From: Pseudobacteriovorax sp.
GTDB taxonomy: Bacteria; Bdellovibrionota_B; Oligoflexia; Oligoflexales; Oligoflexaceae
NCBI GenBank assembly: GCA_050293845.1
Contig: JBNKNM010000178.1
Span: 1-11,817, forward strand
DNA length: 11,817 nucleotides
Direction of reading: 5' to 3'
Shown here one piece after another: positions 8,016 through 11,817 of the stretch (position 1 is the stretch's first letter; every line of letters starts with the position of its first letter). The notes beneath the pieces were generated by a model. The model made no database searches and was not told where the DNA came from. It saw only the letters and a program-made list of their open reading frames with translations. A program made the translations under genes and the position numbers.

Positions 8016-8867
8016 CAATTGGGGCTCCCTAACACGGCCTTCGTCACTGATAAGACTCCATAATGAGCTATCGAGAACCTCACCAATCGTTATGATTTTT
8101 CTCGAGCCGCGATGCTCCATGACAGCCCATTGACTGACAAGTCTGATACCATGACTATAATCGGCATAATACGCTCCATGGACAGTACTAAGGGGCTGAA
8201 TGGGGTTCTGATAAGAGCGGTGCCAGCCATAAATCGCGATGGCAGATGGCTTGCTAAGCAGTTTACGGCTTTGAACAACATCTTTTTTGTGGCCAGCAAC
8301 CAGTTGTCCTGGAAATTCCTGAATTTTCTTGAGCTGAGCGTCAATCATTGCATTATGTCTTATGAAATATCTGGTTGATGTCATTTGTGGTCCTGGTTTC
8401 ATAGGGCGTGGGTGGAGCTTTAGTTCTGCTTTGTGGTAGATTTGATTCACCATTTTACGAGTTGGTAACACGAACCCTAATGCCTGAGCAATTTGCTGGG
8501 CACTATAAAGGTTAATAGGAACTCTTATATAATTAGCATCGCTCCCGATGGCTAAGTAATCTGGCATAACATAGTAGGTAAGTCGTACTTTTGAACCATC
8601 AAAAATGCGTTTCTCCACAGAAATAGGAACTAACAATCTTTGAAAGCTGGGCATATTGCCACTCAAAGCTTGCTCAATGATGGCGTCCTCTCTGGCGGTA
8701 CCGCTTAGGTTTTGAATAGTGTATGCGAAATCGTCACCATTCAAAGCATATAAGCTACGCACTGGAATTCTATCAATGTGTAAGGATTCAATAAGATCTT
8801 CTGTGTGTGAGTGTGCGGATAGTGTGATGAAAACTTGTGACAAGACAGCAAATGCGAAAGTTTTCAT
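7992..8867 (-). CDS. Uncharacterised secreted protein, paralog B of the GHKKD/YGWH/DYSHG family
   Basis: Sec-type signal peptide (MKTFAFAVLSQVFITLSAHS) with no lipobox Cys; same conserved blocks as 3000..3851. Confidence 0.85.
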   Translation of the reverse strand: MKTFAFAVLSQVFITLSAHSHTEDLIESLHIDRIPVRSLYALNGDDFAYTIQNLSGTAREDAIIEQALSGNMPSFQRLLVPISVEKRIFDGSKVRLTYYVMPDYLAIGSDANYIRVPINLYSAQQIAQALGFVLPTRKMVNQIYHKAELKLHPRPMKPGPQMTSTRYFIRHNAMIDAQLKKIQEFPGQLVAGHKKDVVQSRKLLSKPSAIAIYGWHRSYQNPIQPLSTVHGAYYADYSHGIRLVSQWAVMEHRGSRKIITIGEVLDSSLWSLISDEGRVREPQLLLSRSNG

Positions 8868-8878
8868 GAAGCATCCAT

Positions 8879-8939
8879 AAATCTAGAGGTTGAAGCAAAC
8901 CAACGTACTCTGTCTGAGATAGTTGAACCCTCTAGATTT
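8879..8939. repeat. 11-bp perfect inverted repeat upstream of paralog B
   Basis: AAATCTAGAGG 8879-8889 / CCTCTAGATTT 8929-8939 with a 39-nt spacer, ending 12 nt before the minus-strand ATG at 8867. Confidence 0.55.
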
Positions 8940-9063
8940 GTCATTCTCTTCGGTGCCCCTAGTGGTAGATTAACGATTAGATTTTTGGCCTAATCATTTC
9001 TGTGTGATAGGGGGTAACAATTAATTATTACAAAATCCAGAGAAAATGTATGGTTTTATAGGA

Positions 9064-9088
9064 GAAATGCGACATTCTGTCGCATTTC
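9064..9088 (-). terminator. Probable intrinsic terminator of dsbA
   Basis: Perfect 11-bp inverted repeat GAAATGCGACA-ttc-TGTCGCATTTC about 10 nt past the dsbA stop. On the minus strand the GC core is followed by TTTCTCCT, a weak U-tract. Confidence 0.65.
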
Positions 9089-9097
9089 GGTAGATTC

Positions 9098-10189
9098 CTA
9101 GTTAGTATTGGCTTGGGCTAGGGCATCACGGATTTGCTCGACTAGCTCGCCTCCATGGCTTGGTGTGAAGCGGCGGTTGTTAAGGAAGAAGGTCGGTGTA
9201 CCGGTGACTCCGATGGAGCTTGCTATTTCGTTTGTTTTAGTTACGAATGCTTTGGCATCAGGTCCTTTCATACACTCAGTAATTTTAGCTGTATCGAGTC
9301 CTGCTTCTTTAGCTATTTCAACAACCTTATCAGAGTTGGCAGGTTCATTCATATTTCCCCACTTATCTTGGAAGGCAACATCATGATACTTCCAAAACTG
9401 CTCTTGCCCTTGTTGGCTAGCACAATAGGATCCTTGGATGAGCGAGCCACTAAGTTTGTCCGGTCTCAGGCTGTAATTAATTTGGACAAATCTAATATCC
9501 TGCCCCAGTGCTTTGACAGCATCTTTTACCATTTTGTAAGAGCTTTGACAGTGAGGACATAGATAGTCCGAAGCTTCTACTAGTATATTTTTAGCTTGTG
9601 GATTGCCTTTAAATGGAAATTCTTCTATGGGGATACTCACTAATGGTGCGATGGGCTTGGAAATGACAAGCTTGATTGTGCCTTCCTTTTCATAAGCATT
9701 AAACTTATCTTGGAATACCTTAGCGCTTTCTTGTTTTGACAAAAATTGCTGTAAGCGTGGTTTGAAGTCTTCAAATTTTGCATTTGGCGGAAGTCGGCTC
9801 TTATTCTCTTCAAAAAACTCTTTCATTTTTTGTTCACTGACTGTTACTGGAGGTAACAATTGTTCGAGCGGTGGAATATTTTCGGTGTCAACGCTACCCT
9901 TTTCTGAGGCAAATGCAATTCTCAAAGCGTACTCTTTTAGGGTGGCCTCCATTTTATGGTACGCTTCTTGTTGGGCCCGATAAAGCCTGTTTTGGAACTC
10001 TGAATCAAGCTCCTCTTTTTTGTACATCTTACCCTTCACCATAAATACTTCCGATGATGTTGGGGAAGGGGTGATATTAACAGATTGCACTCCTTCTACT
10101 TTGCCCTTATCCAGACCAACCAAATAGCCTACTGTGCCTCCAATACCTAATCCACCTACCAGTAAAGTTACCATTAAACCAGCATTCAT
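9098..10189 (-). CDS. Membrane-anchored DsbA-family thiol:disulfide oxidoreductase with N-terminal helical extension
   Basis: N-terminal TM segment; FKGNPQAKNILVEASDYLCPHC active site; QGQEQFWKYHD; GVTGTPTFFLN cis-Pro loop; second Cys pair (YCASQQ / TECMK). Confidence 0.9.
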   Translation of the reverse strand: MNAGLMVTLLVGGLGIGGTVGYLVGLDKGKVEGVQSVNITPSPTSSEVFMVKGKMYKKEELDSEFQNRLYRAQQEAYHKMEATLKEYALRIAFASEKGSVDTENIPPLEQLLPPVTVSEQKMKEFFEENKSRLPPNAKFEDFKPRLQQFLSKQESAKVFQDKFNAYEKEGTIKLVISKPIAPLVSIPIEEFPFKGNPQAKNILVEASDYLCPHCQSSYKMVKDAVKALGQDIRFVQINYSLRPDKLSGSLIQGSYCASQQGQEQFWKYHDVAFQDKWGNMNEPANSDKVVEIAKEAGLDTAKITECMKGPDAKAFVTKTNEIASSIGVTGTPTFFLNNRRFTPSHGGELVEQIRDALAQANTN

Positions 10190-10668
10190 AACCTAGACTC
10201 CAAGTTCTCAACGTAAAAACTACCACTTTAAATCAAAAGTGCCTCCGGCACCATGGGCAATCTTAGAAATATGGTGATGCTTCTCTGCAGGGCTAGCCTT
10301 CACCACAGCCCCCTTGGAAAGCAAGAGGTGCCCTGTTGTATGACCCAATGTCTGTTGATTACATTAATGTTTTATTAGAATTTCTTTAGTATGGATTTAT
10401 TGAGTAATGGCAGCCGTTACACTCATACATAAGGATGGAATTTTATAATTTTTCCATACGGTCTTAACATGAAGACTATTGAAATTCGCTAAAGTGTTGT
10501 TTGTCACTTGGTTTGCTAGCTTGAGAGCAGAAAATACTAATGTCACATTGACGACTCATAGCAAAAGTAGCGGGACACGAGTGAATATCATCTTAAGCCT
10601 ATGCATGGGGAAATGGCGCTTTTTTGCACCTTCTGGGCTTACATTTTGACAATATTTATGGGGAAAGT

Positions 10669-11817
10669 ATGAAAATTAAAAGACATGTTCCAGCCATTAG
10701 TTTTTTATGCTCCTTAATAGCGACAGGTGCCTTGGCAAGCGATTTTGCAAAGCTGGACGAAGCCCTACCTACCGATGTTGATGCCTATTCTATTGCGCCA
10801 GTTTTTGATTTTGATACTGATGGCTGCTTACCGAGCGCTGGGATCAGTCGTAGGGGAGAACAAAATGGAGGTCTAAAGCCTACAGGAAATATTACAGGAG
10901 GATGCCGGTCATCCGACTTCTTAGAAAGCTCGAATACTTTTCATCGGTACGCATGCGTAAGACAATCTGGCGTTAATTACTGTGGCCACTTATTTACCTT
11001 GTACTTTGAAAAAGATCAAATTTTTAGTGGTATCAGGAGTGGGCATCGCCATGACTGGGAACACGCGGTTGTGTGGACGCGCAATGAAGTTGTGACCCAC
11101 GCTAGCTATAGCGCTCATGGTGACCTGTTTACAAAGAAAGCTGCCAATCTAGCCTTTGAAAATGGTCATGTGAAAATTGTCTACCATAAAGATGGCATTG
11201 GGACCCATGCATTTCGGTTTGGCGGAGCTGATGAAGTGGCGGAGAACCCTTACGGCTGGTTTATAATTCCAGATATTGTGAGTTGGTATGAGGGGTATGG
11301 CGATAACCTGGATAACCAAGAGTTGCGCCGACGTCTGAATCGGTTTAATTATGGCTCTGCTAATTTTCCTATTTCCGACAGTAAGTTCCGTGGGAATCTT
11401 AATAATTTCAGACCAGAGGGATTTCCTGAATTCACCCAGCAAAATATCATCGATGCCAACCCATCGCCAGAAATGGAGTATTTACAGTTAGTAAACTGGG
11501 AAACCGGCTTGTGTCTTGATGTCTTTCAAGGGAATATGTCACCAGGAACCAGTGTAATACAATGGCATTGCTCAGGAGCAGATTGGCAAAAATGGGGTTA
11601 TAACAAATTTACTGGTTTAATCCACAGCAAGGATGATCCCGATTACTGCTTGGATAATGGAGGGCTACATCAAAATGGCTCTAATATATTCATTGAACTC
11701 TGCGATGGCAGCGATGGTCAGCGGTTTTTTCTGAATGCTAACAGCGTTGCTATGAGGGTGAAACCCGAGCTGGTTTTGGACGGAAACTACCAGGCAGGTC
11801 CGGGGGAGAAGGTCATT
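10669..11817 (+). CDS. Type 2 NLP (NPP1 necrosis-inducing protein) with C-terminal ricin-type beta-trefoil lectin domain (partial, runs off the 3' end)
   Basis: Manual translation from ATG 10669 is open to the window end (383 codons): signal peptide MKIKRHVPAISFLCSLIATGALA, APVFDFDTDGCLPS, GGCR, YACV..NYCG, LYFEKDQ, GHRHDWE (11041-11061), SAHG, VYHKD, THAFR, AENP; then from about 11479 YLQLVNWETGLCLDV...VIQWHC....QKW, YCLD, ELCDG...QRF. Confidence 0.95.
   Translation, partial: MKIKRHVPAISFLCSLIATGALASDFAKLDEALPTDVDAYSIAPVFDFDTDGCLPSAGISRRGEQNGGLKPTGNITGGCRSSDFLESSNTFHRYACVRQSGVNYCGHLFTLYFEKDQIFSGIRSGHRHDWEHAVVWTRNEVVTHASYSAHGDLFTKKAANLAFENGHVKIVYHKDGIGTHAFRFGGADEVAENPYGWFIIPDIVSWYEGYGDNLDNQELRRRLNRFNYGSANFPISDSKFRGNLNNFRPEGFPEFTQQNIIDANPSPEMEYLQLVNWETGLCLDVFQGNMSPGTSVIQWHCSGADWQKWGYNKFTGLIHSKDDPDYCLDNGGLHQNGSNIFIELCDGSDGQRFFLNANSVAMRVKPELVLDGNYQAGPGEKVI

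Noticed and set aside
3056..8344. Similar-looking alternative-frame ORFs 3056-3298 and 8090-8344 (TKKML, RFM.G, SM..IM..IVM)
   Set aside because: The similarity is a by-product of DNA conservation in the overlapping paralogs A and B.
3000..8867. Diversity-generating retroelement (two related CLec-like sequences as TR/VR)
   Set aside because: No reverse transcriptase in the window, both copies are full genes, and differences are not confined to adenines.
653..9983. Short alternative-frame or antisense ORFs (e.g. 653-871, 1829-2089, 2079-2276, 2646-2867, 4160-4366, 4640-4939, 5457-5756, 6728-7168, 7322-7639, 7826-8086, 8112-8378, 9108-9983)
   Set aside because: All lie largely within well-supported genes and show no recognisable motifs.
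10287..10345. Minus-strand GGGCACC...GTGGTG resembling a c-di-GMP-II riboswitch pseudoknot
   Set aside because: The upstream GGAA and kink-turn elements and the downstream GCAACC are missing.
10614..10628. Sigma-54-like TGGCGC...TTGCA upstream of the NLP gene
   Set aside because: Only 9 nt separate GG and GC; sigma-54 promoters need 10.
11149..11442. 97-aa minus-strand ORF in the track
   Set aside because: Antisense shadow of the NLP gene, which has unmistakable motifs on the plus strand.
1..11817. CRISPR array, tRNA/rRNA, IS or prophage genes
   Set aside because: No regularly spaced direct repeats, cloverleaf or rRNA signatures, or transposase/integrase/phage motifs were seen.

Overview
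AT-rich bacterial chromosomal window with ten complete or near-complete genes plus the 3' end of one upstream gene. In order: tail of a membrane protein, a GT4 glycosyltransferase, arfB, ycgN, a DUF2288-like protein, an uncharacterised lipoprotein (paralog A), a large secreted protein with a divergent phosphodiester-glycosidase (NAGPA-like) C-terminal domain translationally coupled to a HAD-UbiA (polyprenyl-phosphate phosphoribosyltransferase-like) fusion, a SlyD-type FKBP, a secreted paralog B of the lipoprotein, a membrane-anchored DsbA, and a type 2 NLP (NPP1 necrosis-inducing protein) fused to a ricin-B lectin domain that runs off the window and is absent from the ORF track. The two most interesting items are the 3000-8867 block (two His-rich exported paralogs flanking the NAGPA-like + HAD-UbiA pair, a candidate undescribed envelope glyco-phosphodiester system) and the NLP-ricin toxin. 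Several intergenic regions carry long inverted repeats. No rRNA, tRNA, CRISPR array or transposase was seen. All family calls come from motif recognition by eye, not from database searches.
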